Part shown: positions 39,438 to 53,285 of the stretch, in pieces
How the letters are laid out: each line of letters starts with the position of its first letter
Position numbering within the stretch: the first letter of the stretch is position 1
Source of the DNA: Hyaloraphidium curvatum SAG 235-1
Taxonomy: Eukaryota > Fungi > Monoblepharomycota
Direction of reading: 5' to 3'
Length of the DNA stretch: 64,000 nucleotides
Assembly: GCA_025558095.1 (NCBI GenBank)
Contig: JAIVFI010000037.1
Coordinates: forward strand, 248,001-312,000
Made by a program: the position numbers and the translations under genes
Notes under the pieces: model-generated
Told to the model about the DNA's origin: nothing
The model's input: only the letters and a program-made list of their open reading frames with translations
Database searches by the model: none

Positions 39438-42400
39438 TTACGACGGCAAGAAATAGTAATCGTCGTCGCTGCCGAGCGCGGGAGCTTCGTAGAGGACGGT
39501 CTTCTGTGGCGGGATCGGCACCATGCTCAGTCGCTCGCGCCGTTCGTCGAGCGTCTCCGGGACCTGCCGGAGCCATGAGCTCACTCGTCTGATGCGCTGT
39601 CGCGGTCACTTACGTCGACCGACACTGAGAATATCGCCTTGAGGCGGTTGCGCATGGCGCGAATCAGCTTCATGACGGTTTCCTGGAGGCGTTCTGCTCT
39701 TTCCCATTCGCCGATCCGAATGAGCACACGACCGAGCTCCTTTACCGGGCCTGAAGGCAATCGGTGAGCTTAAGCTCTCGAGGACAGCAACCTCGTCGTA
39801 GAGACGCACCTCTGCAACCGTTGTTCGCCGACTGCACGAGCGATCGCAGGGTGACCACCAGGTACTCCTCCTCGTAAGGGCTGCCTTCCTTGCCGCTCAA
39901 TCGCTTGCGCTCTTCCTTCCGCCGCGACTTGCTGCGCGGGAGTTAGCCGAGCATCGGAGCCTGCAGCGTGAGATCGGACCTCGACTTTCGAGAGGCTTTG
40001 CTGTTGACGGATCGCGAGGCGGTGGTCGCCGTCTTCATAGATGCCGTGTCCGACATCAAGTCCACCTTGTCGGGTTCCGCTCCGTCGTCCAAATCCAGTG
40101 GCCGGGCTAATAGGCTCTGCGTCATTGCTAGCAATGATTCCGACGTGCTCAAAAACCTACCCTTCTGAAGCTCGCGATCGGTCCTGACTTTGCCCAACCG
40201 CGCGAACATCTCGTCGAATTTGTGACGCTGATCTTGCAGCTCCTGTATCGTGGTATCAAGCTCTGCAGGGGAATAGGGATTACATCCGATGTCGAATGTG
40301 ATGGTAACCACCGAAGCCAACCATCCCTAATCGCGGGGTAGACAACGGTCTCGAGGAGATCCATCTCGCTTCCAGCAGTGGCCTGCAACTGAAATCAGAG
40401 ACCTGGGCGCAACGACCAGGAAGACGCGCACTATCCGGATCGCTTCGGACCACGAACTTGACTTGACCAGCATGGACACGCACTCGGCTGTGTCGTGCAA
40501 AACCTCGCGGAAGACTGTTGCTGCCTCGCTGAATCGGCCTTCTTGGATGAGCTCGTCTGAAAGACGTCAGGTGCGCTGTAGCAGCAGCCTGTGCTCCACA
40601 AACCTGCAAGGTCTTTCCCAAGTTCTGCCACGCGTTCCTTATCGAACGGCACGCGCCGTGCTGCGGAGAGGGCCTCATTCCAACAGAGACCCTTGGAGTA
40701 CGCATCGACAGACTCCTCGTACAAAGCGGCCTGCTCGAGGACCATTCCGGCAGCATCATACTTTGCCTGCGACAGCAATGACGCTGCAAATGCTCTCATC
40801 ACGGCCTTACGGCGAGAGTCAGTTTCAACCAGCGTGTTTCCATCAAGATCCAACCTTGTGCTCTTCCCCACCCCGAGGAAACAGGGATGCGGCAGTACTG
40901 TAAAGACTGTGCTCTTGCATATAGCCGAGGAGCTGCTCGAAATGTGACGGCCCTGTAAACATCACGGTTACGATCGCACTCACGCAAACAGCGTCGCCAC
41001 CTACCAGCTTCTGCCAGGTTTCCAATTGCTTTGTTGTAGCGCCGCAAATGGTCATCAATCGCAAACTTTCGATAGGGACCTTCATGCTGCCGCAGCTCGT
41101 GCAGGAAAGGTAAATATTCCTTTGGGTCCTGGACATGCGGGTAAGCACCAGCCACGACGCTCCCCTGACGTCGTCCTTACCATTTGCGATTGCTGTGCGA
41201 CCATCAATGCGAGCGCAAAGTTGTACATCCCCAAAGCGACGTCGAATAAGCTTCGGACGTCGGAGAGGAAGATAGCATAACGCAGAGCTTCCTCGGCGGC
41301 TTCGATGCCTCTCGTTGCTGCAAGCACCCGCGGTCACGAGAGCAGTAGACTCCGCTCTTTGATGGCCTGCCTTTGATGTCAAGGATCCTGCGCAAGGCTC
41401 CTTCGTAGTCCGGTGGCATGTGCTTAACCAGCGAAACCAAGATTGCTTGCTCGTACTTGACCGGATTGATCTGATCCAACGCCGTCCCTACTGACGTGCA
41501 GATCCTGTTTACCTTGTCCGATCTGCAGATCATGTTTGCCACGCCCTACACTCGGGAAGAAGCTGTACTCACTGTTCGTCCTCTTGGGTCGTCGACCGGG
41601 AGTTGGGATAAAGGGCCGCGTACAGAGTGCGCGTTACGTCCGCGGGCCTGATGCACAGTCAGAGCAGATCGCAGGAAGCACACGTAAACACTAACGTGAG
41701 GGCTGAGAGGAACAGATTGAGGTAGTCCGCAGTGTCCACATCACGGATGAAACGATCAACGTTGGCTAGGAAACGGTCCAAGTTGTGGTCGACAAGAACG
41801 TTCAAGTCGATCCGGTGCCGGCGGCACAGCACCAAGGCGTCTCTGTACTCCATCCTGCATGTGCGAATAACATGATCGGCGCGGCGAATACAAAGATCGC
41901 GCGAGAGGATCGCACTTATCGAGGTGAGCCTTCACAGTCGTCAGAACCAAGGGCCGGGGGGCGATAGTTTCGAGATTGCCACGCGGCATTTGAAGCACCA
42001 AAGATTGAGCGCCGTGAAGCGCAGTCACGATGAAGGCGCCCCTCTCGATGCGCCGGGACACATGCTCCAACGGGCTCTTGCTTTCTGTTGCCTCCGCATC
42101 TCGATGTACATTCCCAGGTGCCATGAGCGGGACGAAGTCCACACGGTTCGAGATTGTGGTGAAGATGAGGAAATTCGAGTGACAGAAAAAGGACGTGGCA
42201 TCCGCCGCTATGGTCATCTCGTTCAAGCTCAGCCTGCCGCGAGAATCAAGCGCCACAATTGCAAGACTGGAATCAGAGGCTGTCGCCGATGCAATCCATC
42301 CAGAGGCAGCAAGCTCAAAACTGGGAGTAGGACTCGGAAGCTTGGGACAAGGGCCAAACAGATCCAGTGACAACCTGCTGTGTGCCGACGAAGCATTGAT

Positions 42401-44802
42401 CGTGCCTGCACAAATTGCACAATCAGAAGGCATTGCAGAGAGATGCGGCTCAAGATCCTTACAACTGTAAAGCGAACCGTCCGCAAGTTCAAGAACTGTG
42501 CGACCGAAGGTGACGTGGTGATACAGGCGCATTGCAAGCGCTTTCGGCAGCGCCACATCAGCCAAGATTAGGCAGGCGCCGTCATTGGAAATCTTCACAA
42601 GCAGTAGCTCGTCTCGTGCGGCATCAGAGTTCCAAGACAGCAGCAAAGCGACGTCTTCTGCGATCAAGCAAGCTTGGCGGACGCTCGAATGTGGGAGCCT
42701 GGGAAGAACATGCTAAGCTCCTGTTGTAACGAGGAGAGACAGCACCAACCTGGTCGTCCACATTGGCTGCGGTGCGGACGAACCCGAACACTTGTAGCAG
42801 GCCAGGCTGGAGTCGCACAAAAGGGCGAGCAGAAGCTCGTGTTCCCCATCGCCCCACAAATTCAGGTAGCGGGCGGCGGCAGAAAGGCTTACATCCCAAG
42901 CATACATGGGGGGAGGTATGTTCTTGGACGCAAAGGGTGTTAGCAGGGCATGATCTGGCGTTTTCGATGCATTTAATGTTTGCTTGGGAGCAATCCTGCT
43001 CATGTGACCCACCGCCGTCAACGACAGCAACAGTCCCCTGACTGGAAGCGGCAATGGAGGTGTTCCTGAAGGTGTCCCAGTAAAGCTTGATGCAAGTATA
43101 AACCCCATCTGAATGCAAACCTCCGTTGAAAGGCCATTTACCAAGCCGGCACTTTACCTACCGCTGCTCAACACGTGGAGAACAGTGGCGGATTCGGGAT
43201 CCCACAGGAAGCACGTAGCGGAGCTACCAATGTCCCGGATCTCCTGTTTCAGATACCAATGGTAGTTGGAGGAGGCCCAAAGTTGGACTGCTCGGCTTGG
43301 CATGAGAATGGTGGAAGGCGACAAAAAGGCACTCACCGCAGTTCTTTGCATCGTTACGCAGCAGCTCCACAGCCAGGATGGTGGAGTCTGAGTTCCAGCA
43401 CATGGAAAGCACCTAAAAAGCATGGCGTCGACAACAATTAGCGCGTGCCACGCCGAGCTGTCACACAAACCACCTTTGTCGACGCTGGCTCGCGCAAAGA
43501 GAACTGTCCATGCCTGAGCCCATTCGGCTCGAAGAAGATTACATCAATGGAGCCGTTCACGAGTTGGTACGAGGTGATCTGGTTTCCCTGCGGTCTGTGC
43601 GAATAGCCACCACGTAATCAGTGAGGCGTCGATGCCGACAAGACTAAAGACGAACCGCCACGCGACAGCATCCCCGAGATGCGAGACTCTCTCCCCAATG
43701 TACTGCAACCCTGCTTCGCGGGTGTACAGATGCAGGACTCGACCTCAAGGTCAATGGTTCAGCGGTTGTTATGCGGGGCCTGGCATGCACAGCGTACCTT
43801 TCCCCTGTTCTGGCACCAGAGCACAAAAAGCATTGCCATCACCTCGCCAGGAAAATCGCGGAGTCCCAGAGTCTCCATCCACAAGCTGCTCAACAGCAGT
43901 GATCTTGCGCCTCGCAGCTTCCTTCCCCTCCGAACCATGAAACTGCGTCTCCTTCTTGCCCCATCCCACGCTTACGAGGGCCTCTGGTAAATTGAACCGG
44001 TTCAGCGCACCGCGATGCCAACCGACTCCTGAAGAACCCCCAACCTTGCGCCGGTTCACTCGGAACAAGCTCTGTTTCCACCACAACATCGAAATCCTTC
44101 GTCATCTCCAACAGACTGCCCTTGCCTATCATGGCAAGGAGCTGGACGTCAGAGAACTCCCGTAGCGCCCCGGAGCTCGCTCACGAACCCGTCGCGACCG
44201 CGAAAACCTCCTTGTCGGGACTCCATTCCATGGCGGCGATTCCACCTTCAATGCTGCCGACGCACTCAATCTATCCAAGCAGGGCGAATGACCATCAGGC
44301 ACTGGCCCAGAATGACAAAGAACGGCCACAAGACCTGATCCTCCGAAGCTGGAGCGCCGCGATCCAAGCCAATGACAAAGATATCCCCGTCGGAGAATGC
44401 TAGGCACAAGGACGAGGAGTCCGGCAGTAATTGCATTGAGACGGGCCTTCGATGGCCATGGGCAGCCGGAGGCGAAGGTATCCTCGCCAGCTCCAGCACT
44501 TCCACGTCACGGCGAAGGATCGGCGAGTTGCCGTCCCCGATCACGTGCAAAACGACGGAGGACGACGTTTCCGCAGCATCCGAGCCCGAAACTGAGCCGT
44601 CGGGATCTACGGCGGGGCCACCCGGAACGGTCAAGACGGCGAAGATGTCGCCCGTCTGCGAATCCACCGCGAGCATGTCCCCTCCCTCGTCCTGCTTCCG
44701 TTTCCTCCGGTTCGCCGCGACGCCGTCCTGCACATCGCGATGAGATCCCAAAACATGGAACAAGTCCAATGTCCGCTGCTGGAGAACAGCGAGAGAGCGC
44801 AT
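39438..44802 (-). CDS. ELP1: Elongator complex protein 1 (IKI3), many exons
   Basis: MRSL start, WSPD.E, VSVGWGKKETQFHGSEGK, SWRGDG, NYHWYLKQ, RRIERGA, LQMPRGNLETIAPR, CRRHRIDLN, ALGMYNF, DPKEYLPFL, GSPYEEEYL. Confidence 0.95.
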
Positions 44803-44951
44803 TGTTTTGAGGTTGTTTGATTCCGCCGTCCCCGATCACCGAGCTTCGCGTTCAACACGAGCGCACCGGGAAATGAGCGAACGGGTGGGGCGGGACGCGT
44901 TCGACGCGTGTGTGATGTTTGGTAGTCGGACGTCGAGCGGCTAATGGTCCG

Positions 44952-45485
44952 ATGGGCGGTCTCCAGGGCAGAGGAGGCGGCGGAGGCCGAGGTCGAGGGG
45001 GCGGGGACAACCGCGGCCGCGGAGGCGGCCAGCAGGGCCGCGGAGGGGGCGGCCAGCGTGACGGTCCGGAGAAGAAGCAGTCCATCCTTGACCTTTCGAA
45101 GTACGTGGACAAGAAAGTGAGGGTCAAGTTCACGGGCGGGCGAGAGTGTGGGTGGAGCTCGGTCGCGGACTCGGCGACGACGAGACGAGCCTGACTGGTG
45201 ATCACCGGGCCAGGCATAGGGACTTTGAAAGGCTACGATCCGTTGCTGAACCTGGTTTTGGACGAGACTGAGGAGTTCATTCGAGGTAAGGGACGCCGCT
45301 CCACTGCCGTGGAGAGGCACCTCGTGTACTGGTGGCTGACTTCTGAGGTAGATCCGCAGGACCACAGCAAGCTGTTGGACGAGACGCGATCCCTCGGACT
45401 GGTGGTGTGCCGCGGCACGTCGGTAATCCTCATCTGCCCAACATCGGACTTTGTTCAGATCGCAAACCCGTTTGCGCAATCATGA
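44952..45485 (+). CDS. LSM7: U6 snRNA-associated Sm-like protein Lsm7
   Basis: KKQSILDLSKYVDKKVRVKFTGGRE, GTLKGYDPLLNLVLDE, RSLGLVVCRG, IANPF; Gly/Arg-rich N-terminus. Confidence 0.95.
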
Positions 45486-45612
45486 GGGACGCTCGAGGGA
45501 ATGCTTGTAGTTTCGATCATTACAAAAGCATATCGCTGGGTATGACAAAGGAGGGGTATCGCATGGAGATTCCCTTGAGACCGTCCGAGTGTCCGCGGGC
45601 AGGGATTGGCGA

Positions 45613-46272
45613 TCACTCGCCCGCTTTCTTCCTCAGTGCAGCGAGCTCCTCGGCTTTCTTATCCAGATCCGGCTTCTTCAGTTTCTGCTGCTGGAAGTAA
45701 AGGACGATAAGGCTAGGGGCACGGCCATGAGGGGTCATCTGGCGGTGCCATCGCAACGAATGCTTACTATCGTCCCATGATGTTGAAGCCGCTTAGGTGC
45801 TCGCAAGCAGCCTTCGCGTCAAAGATGTCCTGCGCAGCAGTCAGTCTTCGGCTCCGGACGTTGAAGGCAAGGCCGGCGAACCTCATACACCACAAACGCG
45901 GTACCCCTCGTGTCCGCCGCCGTCCCCACGCGGATTTGTCTGGTGTCAAGGCAGCCGAACGATGGTCAGCGGTTGAGGCTAAGGCGCTGCAGGCCAGGTG
46001 ACGCACCGTATTGCCCCGTACTTGCCGAAAAGGTCATACAGCTCCTCTGCGACCCGAGAAAGATAGGAAGGTATCAATGAGCCCGTGATGCGCTCGGTCG
46101 AACGTCCAGATATCCCACCGGCCGTGATCTTGAACGGGAGGTTCCGGACGAAGAGGATTCTGCGCAGTTGCGCCTCGTGAGCCCCGGAATCGCAATCCGG
46201 CCCCAAGAGAAAGGCCAACCTGTTCACCTCCGGAGGAAGGCGCACGTTTCTCGCACGAGGCTGAAGTGCCAT
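45613..46272 (-). CDS. SF3B6: Pre-mRNA branch-site protein p14
   Basis: RLPPEVNR|ILFVRNLPFKIT|AEELYDLFGKYGAIR, TRGTAFVVYE|DIFDAKAACEHLSGFNIMGR; 3' end uncertain. Confidence 0.92.
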
Positions 46273-46382
46273 AGTGCAGGCAGGGAGGGTGAACGGGTTG
46301 GTGTGATCCCGGGCGCGCGCGCCCTCGCCGCCGAGCCGGCGGAGACGTGCGGACGCAAGCAGACTGCCCCTGTCTGCTCACA

Positions 46383-48516
46383 ATGTCGTACTTCCTCGGA
46401 CGCGATGCGTTCGCGGACCTCGTCGGTGCGTTATTGCTCTTCAAGTGTGGCGACGCGTTCCTGACTGGACGACGGGAAACGCTCCGCAGAGCGCGCGACG
46501 TCCGAGGCGATACCTGCGGGGTCCGACGACATCATGGTGAATCTGGAGGTCGCGGACAAGATCAAGGGCAAAGAAGTTGCGCCGGATAAGGCGATGCGGA
46601 CGATCAAGGCGCGTCTGGACCACAAGAACCCGAACGTCCAGTTGCTGGCCCTGAAGGTGGAGATCTCCGCGCACGGTGCGCCTTCCCCCGGCAAGGCTGA
46701 CCCGGACCCGTCACAAGCTATGTGACATCTGCGTCAAGAACGGAGGCAACCATTTCCTCCAGCAGATCTCGTCGAGGGAGTTCCTGGATCACCTGGAGAC
46801 GATGCTGAAGCAGCACGTAGGTGCCGGGCCGGCACGCGAAGCATTGCCCCTCTGATGAGCCACCGCAGACGTTGAACTTCGACGTCCGGAACAAGGCGCT
46901 GGCGCTGATTCAGTCCTGGGCCATGGCGTTCCGGGGCAAGCCCGATCTCTACTACGTGGTCGAGGTGTACAACCGCCTGCGCAACCTCGGCATGCAGTTC
47001 CCGCCCTTGGACAAGACGGACTCCCTGTCGGTCATGGTCGACACCGCAACCGCGCCGGAGTGGACGGATTCGGACGTTTGCGAGCGCTGCCGCGTTGCTT
47101 TCACCTTCACCAACCGCAAGCACCACTGCCGCAACTGCGGCAAGACCTTCTGCGGCTCGTGTTCGGGAAAGAACGAGCCTCTGCCGCACTTTGGGATTAC
47201 GAAGCCGGTACGGGTGTGTGAAGGATGCTTCACGAAGCTTCAGTCGGGAAGTGGAGCTGCGGCGGCTACCGCGACCGCGAGCATGCCGCCGCCGATGCCG
47301 AGCACCGGTTTCCCGGGGGTCATAGGTGCTACAGACCCCAAAGTTGCGGCTTACCAGAGCGCGGCTCAGTCCGCCATCGCGAGAATGGCCAACAAGGAGG
47401 ACGACGATCTGGCCAAGGCCATCGCGCTCAGCTTGGAGGAAGTCAGCAAGCCGTCGCCGAGGCCCAACGGATACTCTGTGCCACCTTCCAGGAGCAAAGA
47501 GGACGAGGATCTGGAGCGAGCGATAGCCGAGTCGTTGAAGGATCTGGAGAACAAGCGGGATTCCGCGACCCAGAACGTGGAAGCCGTTCTGAAGGCGGCT
47601 CCCGTGGCGAGCATCGCGGCGGGAGAGCCGGCGAGGGACCCGAATGAACTGAATCCCACCGAAGCGGAGAACATACGTCTCTTTGCACAGCTCGTCGAGC
47701 GCTTGGAGCAGGAAGCTGCGTCTCGCGGCGCGTCCGCGGCCGTTGCGGATGCTTCGGTTCAGGTACGGTCTGCGCTGTCTGCTCGCGGCTCGGTCTTGAC
47801 CGACCGTTCGTCGGCAGGCTCTCTACAACCAGATCGCCGCTTTGCAGCCCAAGCTGGTGCGGAACGTGGAGGAATCGGTCCAAAAGTACCGCGCGTTCGT
47901 GGACATCAACTCGAGGATCGAAGGAGCGATGCGCACGTACGACATGATGCTCCAGGCTCGCTTGCGGGAGGCGGCGTACGGAACGTCGGGGTCGGGGAAC
48001 ATTGCGGCCTACGGCCGGGAACCTTACGCTGGAGCCCAGTACGCGACCTCGGCACCCTCTTCCGCGTACTCGTATCCTCAAGCTGCTGCTACCCCGCCGG
48101 CGCAGTACGGATATCCTCAGTCGATGCCTTATCCCGGACCCGAAGCTTCCGCGGCACCGGCGCCGTCTCCGGCAGTGCAGCACCTACCGGGACCCGAGGC
48201 TTACCCGGCCGCCCCCGCGGCGTTCCCCAGTTCTGTCGGCCCGCCCCAGGGAGCTTATCCGACCGCTGGCCCGCCGCCGGAACAGTACCCGACGGCGCCG
48301 GCACAGACGGCTCCTCCCTACGCCAGCCAGGACTACCCGACCCCTCCGTCAGGGCAGACCGCGCCTTCCTACACTGGCCAGGACTATGCCAACCCTCCGC
48401 CAGGACAGATTCCGGGGGCCGTTCCGTACGGGCAACCACAATATCCCCAGCAGCAAGCACCTCCCCCGCAACCGCTTCCGGTTGCTGTCGAGGAGAAGCC
48501 ATTGATTGAGTTCTGA
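46383..48516 (+). CDS. VPS27: ESCRT-0 subunit Vps27/Hrs (VHS, FYVE, 2 UIM, GAT)
   Basis: [76 protein letters not shown]-terminal clathrin box LIEF. Confidence 0.96.
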
Positions 48517-48671
48517 TCGCGCTATACATCGGAGCAACATCAGGGGGATTTCATCGTGTACATTCGCGGGAAAGCTGCTGTTGCACCTCAGAAAGCGCCT
48601 CGGCTGCACATCGGTGTCGATGCCGGCCGTTTGTCCCTGCTGTCCAGTGTCCGGCGCCGTGAGAACAGACC

Positions 48672-50480
48672 TCACTTCAGCCGCGCGATCTCCACTCTTT
48701 GGAACATGGCGCGCTCGTCCTCCAGGGACAGAAACTCGAGGCCCGCGGAGTCGGCGGCAGTTTCGTCGGAATCGGCGCCCTGCAGCGAGCTCTCCGATCC
48801 CGGTTCCCCACTGTCCTCGTCGTCCTCATCGGCAAGCAACTCGGTGGTTCCCGCCGTCGGACTGCCTTCCTCGTCGTCCGATTCGAGGTGGAAGAGCGGC
48901 ATGGCCGCAAAGTTGACGTCCCCAGTGTCCGACGCCCAGCTCAGAGCACGGGGACCCATCCCGGAACCGGAGCCGTCGCGCTTCCTCATCGAACGCGGAG
49001 GCTGCGGGGTGTTGTGGGCGAAACGTTCGATGATCCCGTCGTCCGAGTGGGGGCTCCGGAAGTACCGGCTTTCGAAGCGAGAGTCCGAATCGCGGATCCA
49101 CGGCACGTCGTGGTGGACCGCGATCATCGAAGCGACCTCCTCGACCGTCGCACGGTCCTGGGGGTCGAGCTGGAGCATGCGAGAGACGATGTACCAGCCT
49201 TCGTCCGTGAGCTTGAAGGCAGTGCGGATGACGCCGACCTCCCCGCGCTGGAAGCGGCGAAACACGGGGTCGTTCAAGCTGGCCTCCTGCCAAGGCGATT
49301 TCCCGCGCAAGCAGTTGAGCAGGATGATGCCCAGGCTCCACACATCCGCGCGGCTGGGAAGGTACCGTTCCGTGCGGTAGTTGAGGAGCTCGGGAGCCTC
49401 GTATCGCAGGGATCCGATGTTCAAGGTCGTTTCGATGTCCGCCCTGGCAACATCGGCGGGTTCCATGGTACGGGAAAGGTGACTCAACCCGAAATCGGCC
49501 AGCCGGACGTTGCCGTCGCGTCCCTGAACCAAGCGCGAGTGAGTAACCGCACAGACGACGCGGCCGAAGCAAACGACTCACGAGCAGGACGTTTTCGGGC
49601 TTGAGGTCCCTGTGCCAAACGCCCTTGGTCTGAGAAAAGGCGACCGCATCCACAATCTGCGCAAACAGCCTGCAAGCCCCGACATCAGCCGCGACATTGA
49701 ACCGAGTTCCGACAGCACGCCCACCGCTTGCTCTCTTCCTCCCCCAGGCCGTTGCCGTCCTCCTCGGAATCGGCGATCGTTTCGTAGAGATCCATCGGGC
49801 AATACTCCATGATTAGCCAGGTGATGTCCTCCTCGTCCACGACTCGGTACAGCGTTGTCACGTAAGGATGACCTGCAACGCGGCACAGGGACTCGATCTG
49901 CACGCCAGGCTGCGTCAGATCCGCACCCAGACCGGGTACGATCCGCGGAACCCACCTCCACGCGATGAGCCTCCACCTGCGCCGCCGTGAGACCGAACTT
50001 GAACAGCGCCTTTACGGCAAACAGCTCGCTCGTGCGCGTGCTCTCCCCCAGGTAGACCGCGGCGAAGCTTCCCAGGCCAAGCGTCCTGACGAGACGGATC
50101 TCGTCGTTCGCCGCGTTGACAGGCTTGGTCGGGGAGCCGGCTCCCGAAGCATTCCGCGCCGAGCCGGGGATGCAGCGCCCGATCTGCGTTTTGGGGTCAA
50201 AGTTGGCGGGCAGGTGGTAGTCGACCACCACGGGCTCCAGCGGGGTGGGCGGCGCCTCCTCGGCCTGCAGGCGCTTTGCCAGCGCGCTTGCGGCATGGAA
50301 GCTCAGGTCCAGGTTCAGCGAGGGGTGGAAGAGTGTTGCGTCGGAGAGCAGGCTCGAGGCGCCGCCGGGGCTGGCGTGAGCAAAGAGGCCCCCGCCCGCA
50401 TTGCGCACCGAATCCGCCAAGTGCAGCGCGCCGCCGCCTGGGCGCAGCGATCTGCGTGGGATCTGGATGCTGTCGGGCAT
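48672..50480 (-). CDS. Ser/Thr protein kinase, Ran1/Pat1 (Sks1/Vhs1)-like
   Basis: LGLGSFAAVY, FAVKAL, HPYVTTL, MEYCPMDLYETI, WHRDLKPENVL, LADFGL, GSLRYEAPE, DVWSLGIILLN..G..PW..A...D. Confidence 0.85.
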
Positions 50481-50986
50481 TGTCCGGGGGCGTCACGCGG
50501 CTGGCACGTGCGAGGAGGAGGGGCGGGGTTGGCGAGGGGGGCGGCTCGCGGCACCGGCGCGGGGACGCCTCCCGCCTGCCGCGCTGCCTCGGCGCGCCGG
50601 TCACGGGCGGTCGGCCGGGGGCATCGGATGCGCCGAGTGCGCCGCGGGCGACGCCCGCGTAAGGGGCTCGCGCGGCCGGCCGTCACAGCGGGGCTCGCGC
50701 GCCGCTGACGCCGCCGCTTGCAAGCAAACCTCCGAGGCGCGCGGGCGAGATGCGGGCGGATGAGCTGTGGAGCTGTAGTGGGGTGGCAATGAAGTCACGC
50801 TGGCGGGGTGTGCGCGATCGCCTACTCCCTTCCATCAAGATCCCAACTCCGGGACGCTGCACTGTCCGCTCGTTTGCCTTTCGAGGCACGTGGCCCACCC
50901 CTCTATTGTCTACCGGCAACTCACCGCATGTTGTCGCCCATTCAGTTGCGTCTCGTGAACTCTCCGGACTTCGCATCGGACGCAAG

Positions 50987-51651
50987 ATGGACCCCCCGCC
51001 GAACGGCGAGCCCCGGCCAATCCAGGGTCTTCCGGACGGCTTCTCCCAGCCAAAGACACCGCGGGAGGGCACCATCGCCACCGGGCGGTACAGCCCCTTC
51101 GACGTTTTCCGTAGCTATCGGCCGTCGGAATCGGAGAGCGCCGTGGCTCGCAAAGCCAGCGCGGCTTTCAACACGTACTGGTTGATCGGGACCGGATTGT
51201 GCGTCTTGTCAGCCGCGCAGTTCGCGGGCCTTCTTGACGTTGATTTTGGAACAGGGGTCTCGCGGGAACGGTCGCGATCGTGCGAAAGACGCCATTCAAC
51301 TTTCGCACCGTCCCCGGGACCTTGGCGCTTGTGAGCGTGATGACCATAGGCGAGTACGGGGGTCGCAAGCTCGGGGAACGGGCCGGCCTGCGTATCCTGT
51401 TGGACGAGTTGCCGCAGGACTCCGAGCTGCGGAAGGCACTGATCGCCGCCCAGCAATCGGGGCCATTTACTCCGTCGATGGAGGGATCGATCGATCCGGA
51501 TGTGTCAATGCCGACGCCAACGCCGTCGCTGGATCGGACTGCGGCTCCCTCCGCTGCATTCCCCCCGAACGTGGGGCCGCCGAGCGGTCCCACACCTCCG
51601 AAGCCCCGTCGAACGAACAAATATGGGGACCCAATTGAAGATTACAAGTGA
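50987..51651 (+). CDS. Hypothetical small membrane protein (2 hydrophobic segments)
   Basis: Two ORFs joinable by a short intron; segments YWLIGTGLCVLSAAQFA and GTLALVSVMTIGEYGG; C-terminal RTNKYGDPIE. Confidence 0.55.
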
Positions 51652-52076
51652 AGCATAGCTTGTCCCTGTATCCGTTGCCGTGCACGTAGTCCGCCATCTC
51701 CCATCCGTCACGTTCCAGGAGTTCCCCGCATTGCCACCGCTCGTTCATCGGGACTTCCGCCCAAACAAGGTCCGGAAATAGATTGTCACGGTGCTGATGA
51801 AAAAACCGTTGATGAACGGCCTCACGCAGACGTTCCTGGTGGAACATCGAGGGTCGATCAGCACGGCAGTGCGAGCTTCACACGTCGTCTCCCACCATAA
51901 CGTCGTCCCGCTCCAGGCCACGAGGGCTTGCATTGCCGGAGACATGCTGGATCCCACCAAGGGCCCGGGTGGGCTCTGCCGTGCGTCCATTGCAACGACA
52001 CGGCCGCTCGTGTTGTGACCGCGGCGCGACGCGCGCATAAACACCTACCCCTTTCTCTATCTCCCTCTCCTCCCTC

Positions 52077-52616
52077 ATGGGAACCCAGACGCACTCGATG
52101 GTCTTCTGCCCCGATTGCGGCACTCTGCTTAACCCTCCGGGGTCCGGGCAGTCCGATGACATGGTGTGCGATCTGTGCGGGTTCACCGAGGACGCAGGCG
52201 GTCTGTGGTTTCGACCCCCTGGAGAGTGTAACCAGGTTGACAGGCCCTGGCGAATCAGCATACGAGAACATCCGTGTCGTGACCCGATCGACGCCGGAGG
52301 CATTTCCGAGCAGGCCGTCGAAAAGGAGAGAAAAGGCAAAGAAGGAGGAGGAAGCTGCTGTTGGTTCCACTCGCGCCTCGCGATCGCGACTTTCCTCTAA
52401 CGAACGCCCTCTTTTCCCTCTAGATTGACGAGAAATGGTTCGTCTATCTCGTTTACCTGTGCTTCTCACATTCACTCCGAGTCCCACAGTCCTAAGTGCG
52501 GCCATGTTGGATTGACGTTCCACACGATGCAGCTGCGGAGCGCAGACGAAGGCGCCACCATCTTTTATCGGTGTCCAGTCGTACAATGCGGGCACAAATT
52601 CTCAGTCAACAGCTAA
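52077..52616 (+). CDS. RPA12: RNA polymerase I subunit A12
   Basis: [59 protein letters not shown]. Confidence 0.93.
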
Positions 52617-53285
52617 CGACGTGGCGATGGGGGGGGTCTCTTGGAACTGTGATACCCAAAGTGTTGATCAACGTGCGCTGCATTGGCCCATAGACGGTGT
52701 TTGCTGGCACCGCTGTGACTCTACACCGGTGCGCGAACGGACACTGACCCTAACTGCGCTACGGAAGTCCTATCCGCGTCCCCGCCGCTGCCTCCCTTGC
52801 TAGCTTTGCCGCGGAGCGGCCCCGCGAGCGCCAGCGAGCCCCGCGTCAGCGGGCACGTACCCACGCCGAAGGCAGGTACGTTCCCCCGCCGCCACCTGCC
52901 AGCTAGCTTCGCGCGGAGCGCGCCCCGAGCGTCAGCGAGACGGCGAGGACCGGTCGAAGGGCAAGGACACGAGCGGGGGGATGCCCGTGTCGGAGGGCTG
53001 CGGGGTGGACGGGGCGGAGACCGAGGTCGCGGACGAGGACGGGCCGCCGGCGCTCGAGCAAGTTTCCTGGACCTCCTCGGTGCCCGCCGGCAGCATCTGC
53101 GCCGTCGCCATCCCCTCCAAGGCCGCCAACATCGCCACTGTGGACCCCGCCATGCGTGCCATCCTGGACGAACTTCTCCTTGCGGCACCCAACCCCCTCC
53201 TTGAAACGAAGCACAGAAAGGCACCGGGAAGCTAAGAAGCTGCTGTCCACTCCGGCAAGCCGATCGCACCGAACACCGGTCACCG

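Noticed and set aside
51660-52044. Short ORFs between the membrane-protein gene and RPA12
   Set aside because: No motif or convincing exon structure; treated as intergenic
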